A stretch of DNA of 64,000 nt. Source: Candidatus Saccharimonadota bacterium (GTDB taxonomy: Bacteria > Patescibacteriota > Saccharimonadia > Saccharimonadales > Saccharimonadaceae). The notes under the pieces are model-generated. The model saw only the letters and a program-made list of their open reading frames with translations. It had not been told where the DNA came from and searched no databases. The position numbers and the translations under genes were made by a program. Every line of letters starts with the position of its first letter. Position 1 is the first letter of the stretch. Shown here piece after piece: positions 9,696-18,471 of the stretch. Location of the stretch: positions 41,935-105,934 of the forward strand of contig JAGCBP010000020.1 of assembly GCA_017652105.1 (NCBI GenBank), written 5' to 3'.

Positions 9696-10715
9696 TTAAA
9701 CGTGCCGCTTTTTCTTGCGGACATTTTCTACTATTTTTGTCACTCGGTATTTTAAAGGCTTCAAAACTAAATCGTGCGCTGGTGTGTATTTGAGCTCTTC
9801 GCAACCAAACGAACGCTTGAATTCCGACACACCATAAAAACGATGATTTACTTCGTCTGTCCCCACGATCCCCCACAAATTATAACGGATGCAACCGCGC
9901 TTCCTCGCTTCCGCCATTGCCGCAAGGTGAAGTAGCGGCGCCGCCGAGTATTTTGTCCCTAGAACCGACGATACTCCATAATGATAACTCGCTTCTGGTC
10001 CATAAAAAATCATAAAATTCTGAGCCAAAATCTCACCATCTTTCTTTGCTGTATAAATCAAGACTTCCCCACCTTCCCGAAACGCTTCAAATTGTTTTTT
10101 GAGAAAACTCGTAGAAAATGCTACGTATTTTTGTCTTTCCGCGTGCAGTTTTTCGAGTTTACAAAAATCATTAATCGCTTCGGCGGAAGCCTCGGCGCTA
10201 ATTTCAATCTCGTTCTTTTCGGCTTTTCTCAGCTTACGTCGAAAACCTTGCGAAGCTCCTGCCAAAATTTCCTCCTCAGATTTTTTAAGATCGAGAATTC
10301 CGGCATATTCTACCGACAAATACATCGGCGCTTTGACAAGACCATTTTCCTGCATGATTTTTAGCGATTTCTCAGACAACGGAAGCTGTGGTCGCACTCG
10401 CACGAACACGCAGTTATGTTTTAATCCTTCCGCGCGAATATCCTCAAACACTTGCTTGACCAGCCGTGAATTGCTCCAATCGATCAGTGGTCCACCCGCA
10501 ATTGCAAGATAAGTGCCGCGCTTAGCTGTTTCCACCACCCCAGCCCAAGCCCCTATGATTTTTCCGTCATTATAGACCAGTTTTCTTACTACTTTTTTCC
10601 CGCGCAAAAGGTGAAATTCATAAAAATCCCAACTTTGCAAAAAATTTGCTTCCGCAAGTTTCGCTACAAATCCATCCCACTCGTCTTTGTTTAGCCCATC
10701 CTTTATCTCAATCAC
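9696..10715 (-). CDS. FemAB-family peptidoglycan peptide-bridge aminoacyltransferase
   Basis: 339 aa. Paralog of the next gene, with shared blocks (ANFLQSW/ANFLQSP, VFVRVRPQL/VFVRIRPQL, YNLWGI/FNLWGI, FKRSFG/FKTGFG). Typical FemX/FemAB architecture. Confidence 0.75.
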   Translation of the reverse strand: MIEIKDGLNKDEWDGFVAKLAEANFLQSWDFYEFHLLRGKKVVRKLVYNDGKIIGAWAGVVETAKRGTYLAIAGGPLIDWSNSRLVKQVFEDIRAEGLKHNCVFVRVRPQLPLSEKSLKIMQENGLVKAPMYLSVEYAGILDLKKSEEEILAGASQGFRRKLRKAEKNEIEISAEASAEAINDFCKLEKLHAERQKYVAFSTSFLKKQFEAFREGGEVLIYTAKKDGEILAQNFMIFYGPEASYHYGVSSVLGTKYSAAPLLHLAAMAEARKRGCIRYNLWGIVGTDEVNHRFYGVSEFKRSFGCEELKYTPAHDLVLKPLKYRVTKIVENVRKKKRHV

Positions 10716-11686
10716 AAATGCCTCCGTTTTTTACGCATTGTTTCTACAGTCAGATTTTTTACGTACTTGATCTTTGAAATAACCAAATCGTGCGCCGGTA
10801 CAAACTCAACTATTTCCCCGCCGAAGCCAGTTTTAAAAGTAGTTACCCCGGCGTAGCGGTGATTTGGCTGCCCTGCCGGTGCAATTCCCCAGAGGTTAAA
10901 TCTCTCGTATCCTTCCGCTTTAAAATCTTTCATCGCTTGCCAAATAATAGCGTACGCCCCCGGCAATTTGCGGTTAAGCTCGGTAGAAGCCGCCTCATAA
11001 TAATCCGCTTCCTTCCCACTTTTAATCATCAAACCATACGCCACCGGTTGATTTTCTGAATTCACGGCCGTATAAATTACGATATTATCAGAAAATGCCT
11101 CTTTTTCGGCGTACAAAACTTGCATAGTCGGTGGGATAAACTTCTGTCTTTTGGCTGTTTCAGCCTGGATCCGATGAAATTCCTCAAAAATAGTTTTACT
11201 GTTGCTTTTGAGTATTTTAATCCCTAGCTTATCTGCTCTCCTAACCTCATACCTAGTCTGTCTTCGCATCGCGGCCAAAAGCTCCTCCTCAGTTTTGGTT
11301 AAATCAATCATCACGGTATGTTCTGCGGCCAAATGCATTGGCGATTTTTTGAATCCCAACTTTTCGAGCATTTTAAGATTTTTTTCGCTCGCTTCAAGCT
11401 GTGGTCGAATCCTCACAAATACGCATTTTTCTCTTTTGGCTACCTCAGTAATTTTGGCAAGCATAGCGCTCACCAGTTTCTTATCGGTCCAATCTACCAA
11501 AGGTCCGCAAGGGATTTCTAGGTATCGTCCTCTCTTGGCATTTCTGACAATCATTAGCGACCAAGCTTTTCCATCAAAATCCTCTGTAAAAGTTTTGCAC
11601 CCCAGAACCTCGTTCATCAAGCCATATTCCGGCGATTGCAAAAAATTCGCTTCCGGATATTTTTTTATCACTTCAGACCAATTCAT
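10712..11686 (-). CDS. FemAB-family peptidoglycan peptide-bridge aminoacyltransferase (second copy)
   Basis: 324 aa. 4-nt overlaps with both neighbouring genes. Confidence 0.75.
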   Translation of the reverse strand: MNWSEVIKKYPEANFLQSPEYGLMNEVLGCKTFTEDFDGKAWSLMIVRNAKRGRYLEIPCGPLVDWTDKKLVSAMLAKITEVAKREKCVFVRIRPQLEASEKNLKMLEKLGFKKSPMHLAAEHTVMIDLTKTEEELLAAMRRQTRYEVRRADKLGIKILKSNSKTIFEEFHRIQAETAKRQKFIPPTMQVLYAEKEAFSDNIVIYTAVNSENQPVAYGLMIKSGKEADYYEAASTELNRKLPGAYAIIWQAMKDFKAEGYERFNLWGIAPAGQPNHRYAGVTTFKTGFGGEIVEFVPAHDLVISKIKYVKNLTVETMRKKRRHL

Positions 11687-12780
11687 TTCTTGTCCTCCAC
11701 TAGATATGGCTGAATAATCTCATAAGCCTTTTTTAGCTCTTCTCGAGTGTAATAATTTGGGAAATTAATAATCTTGCTAGTTACTTCCATGGCTACTGGG
11801 CATTTATTTTCTGGGAAAAATACCTGTTTGTAATATCTTTCCGGCGACACCGGTTTTTCGTACCAAAAAGCATCAAAATAATACCCTGCTTTCTTGAGTT
11901 TTTCCAAAACCTCCGGCCGCTTTTCCACTAAATAAAATTCGCGCAATTTAGCCTGCCCGCGGTGCCGCCAATTTTTGATTTGCTCAGTAGCTAATCTAGC
12001 TTGATATTTTGGCATTCTCCGAATTAGACTTAGCCGATTGTCTGCCGAACGCTCCACCCAATGGATTTTGATCAGAGCTTTCATTAGAATCCCACCCAAA
12101 TGAATATGGTTTAAACCTCTTGACAAGGCGCAAAAGAACGGATAAAATCTTGCCCTGAGTACATCAGATAACCGCGGAGTTTTAAAGGGCGCTTCTATTT
12201 GGTGTTTGGCGGAAAATCTCAAGATCACCGCCCCACCAGAAATTGCATTAATGGCTTTGTCTTTACCAAATGAAAGGGCTGTTGCCACCCCGACGGTGCC
12301 GACTAACCTACCATCCGGATATTTGACTCCAGCCGAATGTGCTAAATCTTCAACGATTAAGAGATTTTTTTCCGCAGCAAACTGCTCGATTTTTTCGATA
12401 TCCACTGGATTGCCTAAACTATTCTGGACGATAATCCCCTTTACTTTACTACCCATTACTTTAGAGATAGTATTTACGTCAAAATTAAGGTTTTCTTTGG
12501 TAATATCGGCAAAAACTGGCGTCATCCCTGCCTCGGTAATTGCTTCTACTACTGCATGGCAAGTAAAACCATTTACGATAATTTTATCACCATAATCAAA
12601 ATAGCTTTTAAGGGCCAAAGCCAAAGCTGATCGGCCATTTTTCATTAAAATTGGTTTGCCATGGTATTTTTGAGCCAAAATTTCTGAAAGTTCTCGCACG
12701 TCATCTTTGTTTCCATGTCCAAATAAACATCTAAAAACCTTTGGCCCACCCGCATTCAATCCTAAATAAAACCGCCGCAC
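11683..12780 (-). CDS. DegT/DnrJ/EryC1/StrS-family PLP-dependent aminotransferase
   Basis: NGRSALALAL..., a GFTCHAVVEAI block, and a putative PLP-lysine region (LSFGKDKAINAISGGAVI). GTG start overlaps the preceding stop. Confidence 0.75.
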   Translation of the reverse strand: MRRFYLGLNAGGPKVFRCLFGHGNKDDVRELSEILAQKYHGKPILMKNGRSALALALKSYFDYGDKIIVNGFTCHAVVEAITEAGMTPVFADITKENLNFDVNTISKVMGSKVKGIIVQNSLGNPVDIEKIEQFAAEKNLLIVEDLAHSAGVKYPDGRLVGTVGVATALSFGKDKAINAISGGAVILRFSAKHQIEAPFKTPRLSDVLRARFYPFFCALSRGLNHIHLGGILMKALIKIHWVERSADNRLSLIRRMPKYQARLATEQIKNWRHRGQAKLREFYLVEKRPEVLEKLKKAGYYFDAFWYEKPVSPERYYKQVFFPENKCPVAMEVTSKIINFPNYYTREELKKAYEIIQPYLVEDKK

Positions 12781-13475
12781 TACTTACCGCCTTTCAGTTT
12801 TTTTACTAGCGCGCCAATCGCCCTAGCTAAACCATCCGGATCGGAAATATATGGAGCATGAGTCCAATTAGCATAGAATTTGAGCTCTGCATTTGGCAAT
12901 TTCTCGTAAATTGCAGTCGCTTGCCGAGGCGGCGTGGTAGTATCCTTCTTACCCCACAGAATAAAAGTCCGTGTAGAAACATTTTCTAGCTTTAGTTTTT
13001 TATCCGAATCTAGCATGTTGACTAGAGTTTGCTTCATATTCTCCGGTGCCTTAGAATAATCTGTAGTGCCAGTAATGCGATGAAAAGCTTTGTTTACAAC
13101 TGGGATTTTCTTGAAAGGTTTACCTACCTTGGCTAGTCCCGCTACCACCTTTTTTCTAGCAGTCACTTCGTAAATTCCTGCCGAATCTAGCAGAATCAAG
13201 TTAGAAAGTTTCCCTGGTTTATTGGCGCATAAATTTAGCAAAATTCTCCCCCCATTCGAATGCCCCAATGCGATTGCCCCTTCTGGTATTTCTTGATCTG
13301 CCCATTTCACATAATCAGAAATTTCAAAAACCTTTTTTGATGGCTCGGTTAAACCAGGTACGTGTAGCATTTTTACTCTCAAGCCCTGTTCTTTTAGGAG
13401 TAATAAAGTCTTTTTCCACGGCTCCACCGTGTAGGTCCACCCATGAATAATGTATAAATCGTATGGATCTTTCAT
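12780..13475 (-). CDS. Alpha/beta-fold hydrolase
   Basis: Nucleophile elbow GHSNGG, with HGW and WTHAP motifs. Start set at the ATG that forms an ATGA overlap with the Mur-ligase stop. Confidence 0.65.
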   Translation of the reverse strand: MKDPYDLYIIHGWTYTVEPWKKTLLLLKEQGLRVKMLHVPGLTEPSKKVFEISDYVKWADQEIPEGAIALGHSNGGRILLNLCANKPGKLSNLILLDSAGIYEVTARKKVVAGLAKVGKPFKKIPVVNKAFHRITGTTDYSKAPENMKQTLVNMLDSDKKLKLENVSTRTFILWGKKDTTTPPRQATAIYEKLPNAELKFYANWTHAPYISDPDGLARAIGALVKKLKGGK

Positions 13476-14743
13476 GAATCTAGCCCCCAATTTTTGCGCC
13501 TCTGCACTGATCCTCTATCTCGGCGGCAAAGTTTTTTGGCATCCTTTGGATCGGCTAGTAATTTCTCGATAATCCATTCTAAGTATTGGCTACCCTTAAA
13601 CACCAAAGTCTCATTTCCTTTGATATGCTTTTTGATAAAAGCCAAAGCTTTCTTCGGATCGGTGGTAGTTGCAGTAGACACTCCTAGCTTTTTTAGCTCT
13701 GGCGCGGTCCATTTTTTGGTTCTCCTCCCCACTAAAATTACTAAATCCGGCTCCACATCCGCAATTAAATGCGCCAACCTAGTATGTTCCTCCTCCTCCA
13801 AAGAACCTTGGTCTACGATATCGCCAATCACCAGCCATTTTTTCTCCGCGTGCATTCTCTTGGTCATATCCAGAATCGGCGCCATCGAGATCATATGTGC
13901 GTTATAGCTACTGTCTACAATATTGATGCCCTTAATTCCCTTAAAATACGAACATCGCCCCGGCATCTGTTTGACATCCGAAAAATCTGGATTAAAAGGT
14001 AATTTCAAATACTTCATCAGATCTTGCAGGACAAACAAATGAAATGCCAAATCTCTAATTTCTGGGTGATTAAAATGAAAAGTCGTGTCCCCATAGGTAA
14101 AATCTGTCGAATCCGGATAGACTACGTATTTTTTGAGTAGAGATTTTTTGATTGGCACGACTTTAGCCTTGATGCCTTTGGTTGCCTCTACCATCGCTTT
14201 TGACTCGGCATCAATATAGACCAATTTCTGGGTATTTTCTGGCAAATTAGCAAATTCCGAAGTAATCGCAGTCTTCAAATCTTTGAATTCGCCGTCCTCT
14301 ACCACCTTTTCAAACTGTACCGCATGTGAAAGACCTACAGATACCCAGATAGTCACCTCAGGCTTTAGCCACTCAGCCAAAAACTCCGCCTCGTGTGGTC
14401 TTTCCCCATCAATTTCCACCACATAAAACGGTTCCTTGTGTTTATAATAGAGTGATTTCACTGGCGCTGCCAAAATCAACCAAATCCATCTGAGCTTAGA
14501 AGCTTTTACCCCTCTAAGTCCTAAAAGATCAAATGGCACGCCAAACGCCGAATTGGCATCGTGGGAATAGTGGGCTTTCTTGCCCATTTCGTGTTCGAGC
14601 AAACTCAGCATTGTGGTTTTCCCTGCCGAACCAGTTACTGCGATAATTCGCGGATGCCACCTTTTAAGAGCGCGATTTGCCAAGCGCCGAAAATACCCCG
14701 CCAACCTAAAATAAAATCGCTTTTTGAACTTCGCGAAACTCAT
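13472..14743 (-). CDS. Mur ligase family protein (MurF-like, lacking the N-terminal domain)
   Basis: P-loop VTGSAGKTT at about residue 37. Mur-ligase central and C-terminal domain pattern. Confidence 0.75.
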   Translation of the reverse strand: MSFAKFKKRFYFRLAGYFRRLANRALKRWHPRIIAVTGSAGKTTMLSLLEHEMGKKAHYSHDANSAFGVPFDLLGLRGVKASKLRWIWLILAAPVKSLYYKHKEPFYVVEIDGERPHEAEFLAEWLKPEVTIWVSVGLSHAVQFEKVVEDGEFKDLKTAITSEFANLPENTQKLVYIDAESKAMVEATKGIKAKVVPIKKSLLKKYVVYPDSTDFTYGDTTFHFNHPEIRDLAFHLFVLQDLMKYLKLPFNPDFSDVKQMPGRCSYFKGIKGINIVDSSYNAHMISMAPILDMTKRMHAEKKWLVIGDIVDQGSLEEEEHTRLAHLIADVEPDLVILVGRRTKKWTAPELKKLGVSTATTTDPKKALAFIKKHIKGNETLVFKGSQYLEWIIEKLLADPKDAKKLCRRDRGSVQRRKNWGLDS

Positions 14744-14749
14744 GTATCT

Positions 14750-14778
14750 ATTATACTCTATCTTGATTTTTCGTGCAA
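14750..14778 (-). promoter_or_regulatory. Promoter TTGCAC-17-TATAAT for the Mur-ligase/Fem operon (leaderless)
   Basis: -10 at 14750-14755 ends 6 nt before the ATG at 14743. -35 at 14773-14778. No SD. Confidence 0.65.
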
Positions 14779-14791
14779 AGTGTGGTATAAT
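14763..14791 (+). promoter_or_regulatory. Promoter TTGATT-17-TGTGgTATAAT for rpsJ
   Basis: -35 at 14763-14768, -10 at 14786-14791. Overlaps the divergent promoter on the other strand. Confidence 0.7.
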
Positions 14792-14885
14792 GGGATTATA
14801 AGTAATTAATTATCTACCTCTAAAAACTTACCGGCTGCCATCTAAGAGCAAACCTAAGGTTATAGAGGAGAAAGGAAAACTCAAA

Positions 14886-15212
14886 ATGGCAGAAGCCAAA
14901 AAAACAGAAGGTCTAACTATCAGAATTAGGTTGAAGGCTTATGATCACCGCGTGATTGATCAAAGCGCTCGTCAAATCGTTGACACCGCTATTCGTACCG
15001 GTGCTAAGGTGTCTGGTCCAATCCCTCTTCCTACCAAGAGGAGCAGCTTTACTGTGGTCAAATCCCCACATGTTTACAAGACCGGTGGTGAAGCTTTCGA
15101 AATGAAAGTCCATAAGCGCCTTATCGACATCTTAAACGCCACCCCAAAGACCATCGAGAGTTTGCAAAATCTCTCTCTCCCTGCTGGTGTAGACGCAGAA
15201 ATCAAGATGTAA
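14886..15212 (+). CDS. rpsJ: 30S ribosomal protein S10
   Basis: [16 protein letters not shown]... motif, 108 aa. SD GAGGAGAAAGG upstream. Confidence 0.95.
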   Translation: MAEAKKTEGLTIRIRLKAYDHRVIDQSARQIVDTAIRTGAKVSGPIPLPTKRSSFTVVKSPHVYKTGGEAFEMKVHKRLIDILNATPKTIESLQNLSLPAGVDAEIKM

Positions 15213-15225
15213 TAAAAAAAGACTC

Positions 15226-15258
15226 AAAAAAATAACTCCCTTTCGGGAGTTATTTTGT
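15226..15258. terminator. Bidirectional rho-independent terminator between rpsJ and tuf
   Basis: Stem AATAACTCCC/GGGAGTTATT (15231-15254) with a TTTC loop, an A-run upstream and a T-run downstream. Confidence 0.85.
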
Positions 15259-15269
15259 AGTGTTATCGA

Positions 15270-16454
15270 TTATTTGATTACTTTAGTGATCACACCAGAA
15301 CCAACAGTCTTACCACCTTCACGGATAGCGAAACGGTCTTGATCGTTCATAGCTACTGGAGCGAGCAATTTAACCTTGAAGGTTACCTGATCGCCAGGCA
15401 TGACGATTTCCTTATCAGCTGGAAGTTCTACTTCACCGGTTACGTCAGTAGTACGGAAGTAGAATTGTGGCTTGTAACCCTTTGAAAATGGAGTGTGGCG
15501 GCCACCTTCCTCTTTCTTAAGGATGTAAACCTGTGCTTCAAATTCGGTGTGTGGGGTAATGGTGCCAGGGGCAGCGATTACTTGACCACGTTCGATTTGA
15601 TCACGTTCGATACCACGAAGGAGAAGACCAGCGTTATCGCCAGCTTGACCTTGATCCAAAGTCTTGTGGAAGGCTTCGATACCAGTAACCACAGACTTTT
15701 GAGTGTCGCGGAGACCAACGATTTCAACTTCGTCATTCAATTTAACAACACCTTGCTCAATACGACCAGTAGCTACAGTACCACGGCCTTTGATTGAGAA
15801 TACGTCCTCAATTGGCATGAGGAATGGTTTGTCAAGATCGTGCTCTGGAATATCGAAGTATTCATCCATAGCAGTGACAAGTTCCATAATAGCATCTTCA
15901 GCTTCCTTATCACCTTCGAGAGCTTTAGTAGCAGAACCCTTGATGATAGGAGCATTGTCGCCATCGAAACCGTACTTGTTAAGAAGGTCGCGAACATCCA
16001 TTTCTACGAGCTCAACGAGTTCTGGATCAGCGAGGTCCATCTTGTTGAGGAATACGATGATTTTTGGTACGTTCACCTGGTGAGCGAGCAGTACGTGCTC
16101 ACGAGTTTGTGGCAACGGACCATCGTTAGCAGCAACTACCAAGATTGCACCATCTACCTGTGCAGCACCGGTAATCATGTTCTTAATGTAGTCTGCGTGA
16201 CCTGGCATATCCACGTGTGCGTAGTGGCGCTTTTCAGACTCATACTCCTGGTGAGAAGTAGCGATGGTGATACCACGAGCTTTCTCTTCTGGAGCGTTAT
16301 CGATTTGATCATAAGCGACTGCCTTGTTTACATCACTTGGCAATCTCTTTGCGAGTACGTTAGTAATCGCAGCAGTTAAAGTGGTTTTACCATGGTCGAC
16401 GTGACCCATGGTGCCGACATTAATATGCGGCTTGGAACGGTCAAAATTTGCCAT
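15270..16454 (-). CDS. tuf: Elongation factor Tu
   Basis: [25 protein letters not shown]. Start set at the ATG at 16454, preceded by SD AGGAGA; the ORF extension to 16508 is rejected. Confidence 0.98.
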   Translation of the reverse strand: MANFDRSKPHINVGTMGHVDHGKTTLTAAITNVLAKRLPSDVNKAVAYDQIDNAPEEKARGITIATSHQEYESEKRHYAHVDMPGHADYIKNMITGAAQVDGAILVVAANDGPLPQTREHVLLAHQVNVPKIIVFLNKMDLADPELVELVEMDVRDLLNKYGFDGDNAPIIKGSATKALEGDKEAEDAIMELVTAMDEYFDIPEHDLDKPFLMPIEDVFSIKGRGTVATGRIEQGVVKLNDEVEIVGLRDTQKSVVTGIEAFHKTLDQGQAGDNAGLLLRGIERDQIERGQVIAAPGTITPHTEFEAQVYILKKEEGGRHTPFSKGYKPQFYFRTTDVTGEVELPADKEIVMPGDQVTFKVKLLAPVAMNDQDRFAIREGGKTVGSGVITKVIK

Positions 16455-16522
16455 TCTTTCTCCTTTATTTATTATTACGGTTGGAGCGCTAATAAAAACC
16501 AGCTCCAAGACTCTACCATACT

Positions 16523-16551
16523 ATTTTAGACTATTTTGATAAAATTGTAAA
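16523..16551 (-). promoter_or_regulatory. Promoter TTTACA-17-TAAAAT for tuf
   Basis: -10 at 16523-16528 and -35 at 16546-16551 on the minus strand. Confidence 0.55.
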
Positions 16552-16572
16552 GAGCTTTTAACAAAAAAGTCC

Positions 16573-16601
16573 TTGCATTTTAAAATATTTATGTATATAA
16601 T
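16573..16601 (+). promoter_or_regulatory. Promoter TTGCAT-17-TATAAT for surface cassette A
   Basis: -35 at 16573-16578, -10 at 16596-16601. An AT-rich leader of about 80 nt runs to the ATG at 16687. Confidence 0.6.
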
Positions 16602-16686
16602 AGGATTAATGTTAGGTCATACGCCGAACATAAATAAATATTATTAAAAATGTACACAAAAATAGTACAAAAAGGAGAAAAACAAA

Positions 16687-17364
16687 ATGAAAAAAAGTTT
16701 AGCCATTGGTGCGACTAGCGCTGTTCTCGCTGCTATGCCAATTGTTGGTGTATTCGCTACATCGCAAACCATAACAGTTACCGATACGTTGCAAGCCACC
16801 ATTAGTACCGCTTGTGTATTCAAGCGTTATGGTGAAGCTGGTGCTTCCGGTCAAGGTGCTGCTGCTAATGTTACCCCAGCGTGGGATGGCCCAGTTGCCG
16901 CAGCGGATCCAGGTGATAATGACGATGATATTACAACTAATCCGAAAGTTTATCATAAATATTCTGCTACTTTCATGCCGGGCGATGATATTGAACTTGG
17001 TACTAGCCACTTTACTGGCTATTGTAATGACGAAGGTGGCTTTACTGTGACTGTAGCTACCCCAGCATTGTCTAATGGTGCAGTGTCACCAGCTACTGAG
17101 CTCACGCTTCCGTTCCTTACCGCGAGCCCATCCACATCCACTAGTGAGGGCTACGCTATTGTAAAAGATGCCGCTGGCACCCCTGCTCAATTCACTAATA
17201 CTAGCGGCGACACTGTGTTTATGAGCTCAAATACGGCTACCGATTCGTCTAGCGCAGTTACTGAAACTGCTACTTATACTGTGTATACACTTTCTACCAC
17301 CAAATCTGGTACATATACCGGTAACGTAGTTTACACCTTTACCTACGACGATCCAACCGTATAG
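16687..17364 (+). CDS. Secreted Thr/Ala-rich protein of unknown function (surface cassette A, gene 1)
   Basis: Signal peptide MKKSLAIGATSAVLAAMPIVGVFA. Beta-rich and Thr-rich with two Cys. Strong SD AAAGGAGAAA. No membrane anchor. Confidence 0.6.
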   Translation: MKKSLAIGATSAVLAAMPIVGVFATSQTITVTDTLQATISTACVFKRYGEAGASGQGAAANVTPAWDGPVAAADPGDNDDDITTNPKVYHKYSATFMPGDDIELGTSHFTGYCNDEGGFTVTVATPALSNGAVSPATELTLPFLTASPSTSTSEGYAIVKDAAGTPAQFTNTSGDTVFMSSNTATDSSSAVTETATYTVYTLSTTKSGTYTGNVVYTFTYDDPTV

Positions 17365-17390
17365 TTTAAATATCATAAGTATTCGGTTAC

Positions 17391-17425
17391 AAATAAATCC
17401 CACAAAAGTGGGGTTTATTTTTTAT
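17391..17425 (+). terminator. Rho-independent terminator/attenuator between the cassette A genes
   Basis: Stem AAATCCCAC/GTGGGGTTT with an AAAA loop, followed by a T-run. Confidence 0.7.
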
Positions 17426-17469
17426 TAAGAATAGTGTATATTACATATATAGCACATGTGGAGGATTTT

Positions 17470-18426
17470 ATGAAAAAACAGCTTCTAAAAAGAGTAATAC
17501 TAATATTATCCGCTTTTATCCTGTTTTTTACTATGCTCATCAGTCCTAACGTACAGGCCGAAGACAATTACATTGGCCCAATGTCCGCCTTTATGATGTC
17601 TCCCATGACTTCTCGTATGACCCTTAATCCTGGTGATACGTATACTGGATCCTTTTGGATCGTAAATCCAGAAGAAAACACCGCCTCTATCAAATATACT
17701 CTCCAGGTCAAGAGTTTTTATAGAGATGATGATAGTAAGGCAATTTTCGAAGACGTTGAAGGTAGAGGTCGGATTGCTGAATGGATTACGCTAGACGTTC
17801 CAGAGAGCAATATTCTCGCACCCAAAACATCGGATGAAATCAAATATACTATTAAAGTTCCATCCAATGCCCCAGGTGGCGGACAATATGCAGCCATCGC
17901 CGCTACTTCTATTATCTCGGATAATAACGGCGCTAGCGCTGTTAATCTATCGGAGACTATTGTCATGGCTCACACTATCTTTGCCGAAATCACTGGTCAA
18001 ACCAAAAAGAGCGGCGAAATCACCGATCTCAGTTCGCCGGGTTTTATTTCTGATGGTGATATAGTTGCCAAGTCTAGAGTTGCCAACACCGGTAATGTTC
18101 ACGGTACCGCCACCTATACTTTAGAGGTTTACCCTATTTTTTCTGATCACCCAATCTATTCCAATGCTTCCAACCCAGATAAAAAATTAATTCTACCGGA
18201 TCGCACCATTATCCATGAAACTGCTTTTGAAAACACTCCTTCTGTCGGCCTTTTTAATATTTATTATAAAGTTGAATTTGAAAGCGGTGAAGTCAAAGAG
18301 CTTAGAAAACTCGTTATTAAATGCCCTGTTTGGGTTGTGTTTATTATATTCTTGGTTCTTATTGGCCTTACCACTCTTGCTGTAATTAAAATAAAAAAAC
18401 GTTCCGCTCGTCGCAAACTACAGTAA
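17470..18426 (+). CDS. Cell-surface protein with signal peptide and C-terminal TM anchor (DUF916/CscA-like, tentative); paralog of 44851-45849
   Basis: Start set at the ATG at 17470 after SD GGAGGA. Signal peptide, Ig-like region with an NTGNV motif, and a C-terminal TM helix plus KKRSARRK tail. Confidence 0.6.
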   Translation: MKKQLLKRVILILSAFILFFTMLISPNVQAEDNYIGPMSAFMMSPMTSRMTLNPGDTYTGSFWIVNPEENTASIKYTLQVKSFYRDDDSKAIFEDVEGRGRIAEWITLDVPESNILAPKTSDEIKYTIKVPSNAPGGGQYAAIAATSIISDNNGASAVNLSETIVMAHTIFAEITGQTKKSGEITDLSSPGFISDGDIVAKSRVANTGNVHGTATYTLEVYPIFSDHPIYSNASNPDKKLILPDRTIIHETAFENTPSVGLFNIYYKVEFESGEVKELRKLVIKCPVWVVFIIFLVLIGLTTLAVIKIKKRSARRKLQ

Positions 18427-18462
18427 AACAAAAACCCGGAGTTTTGTAACCCCGGGTTTTTA
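18427..18462. terminator. Bidirectional terminator between cassette A and fusA
   Basis: Stem AAAACCCGG/CCGGGTTTT with a 12-nt loop, flanked by A and T runs. Confidence 0.75.
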
Positions 18463-18471
18463 AAGGTAAGA

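Noticed and set aside
9661-9876. 71-aa minus-strand ORF overlapping the 3' end of the first FemAB gene
   Set aside because: It is in a different frame inside a conserved gene and crosses the HdeD-like promoter. The product has no features.
15495-16379. Several plus-strand ORFs (100-179 aa) inside the tuf locus
   Set aside because: They lie antisense to a highly conserved EF-Tu coding sequence, have low-complexity products and lack promoter or SD signals. These are typical shadow ORFs. The same reasoning applies to antisense ORFs inside dnaE, fusA, gatA/B, the fem genes, lysS, rseP, gap, tig and others.
16455-16508. N-terminal extensions in the ORF track (tuf to 16508, murJ to 26422, PBP1A from 26312, gap to 56139, rpsB to 42006, frr to 40601, xth to 3449, upp from 60841, oxidoreductase to 60862, cassette A gene 2 from 17434)
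   Set aside because: In each case an internal ATG matches the conserved family N-terminus. That ATG is preceded by an SD sequence or a correctly spaced -10 box. The extensions run through promoters or neighbouring genes.
16481-16508. Hairpin TTGGAGC/GCTCCAA just upstream of the tuf SD as a terminator or riboswitch
   Set aside because: It lies downstream of the predicted tuf promoter, inside the 5' UTR, and has no U-tract. It is more likely a 5' stabilising stem-loop. Evidence is insufficient for a regulatory call.
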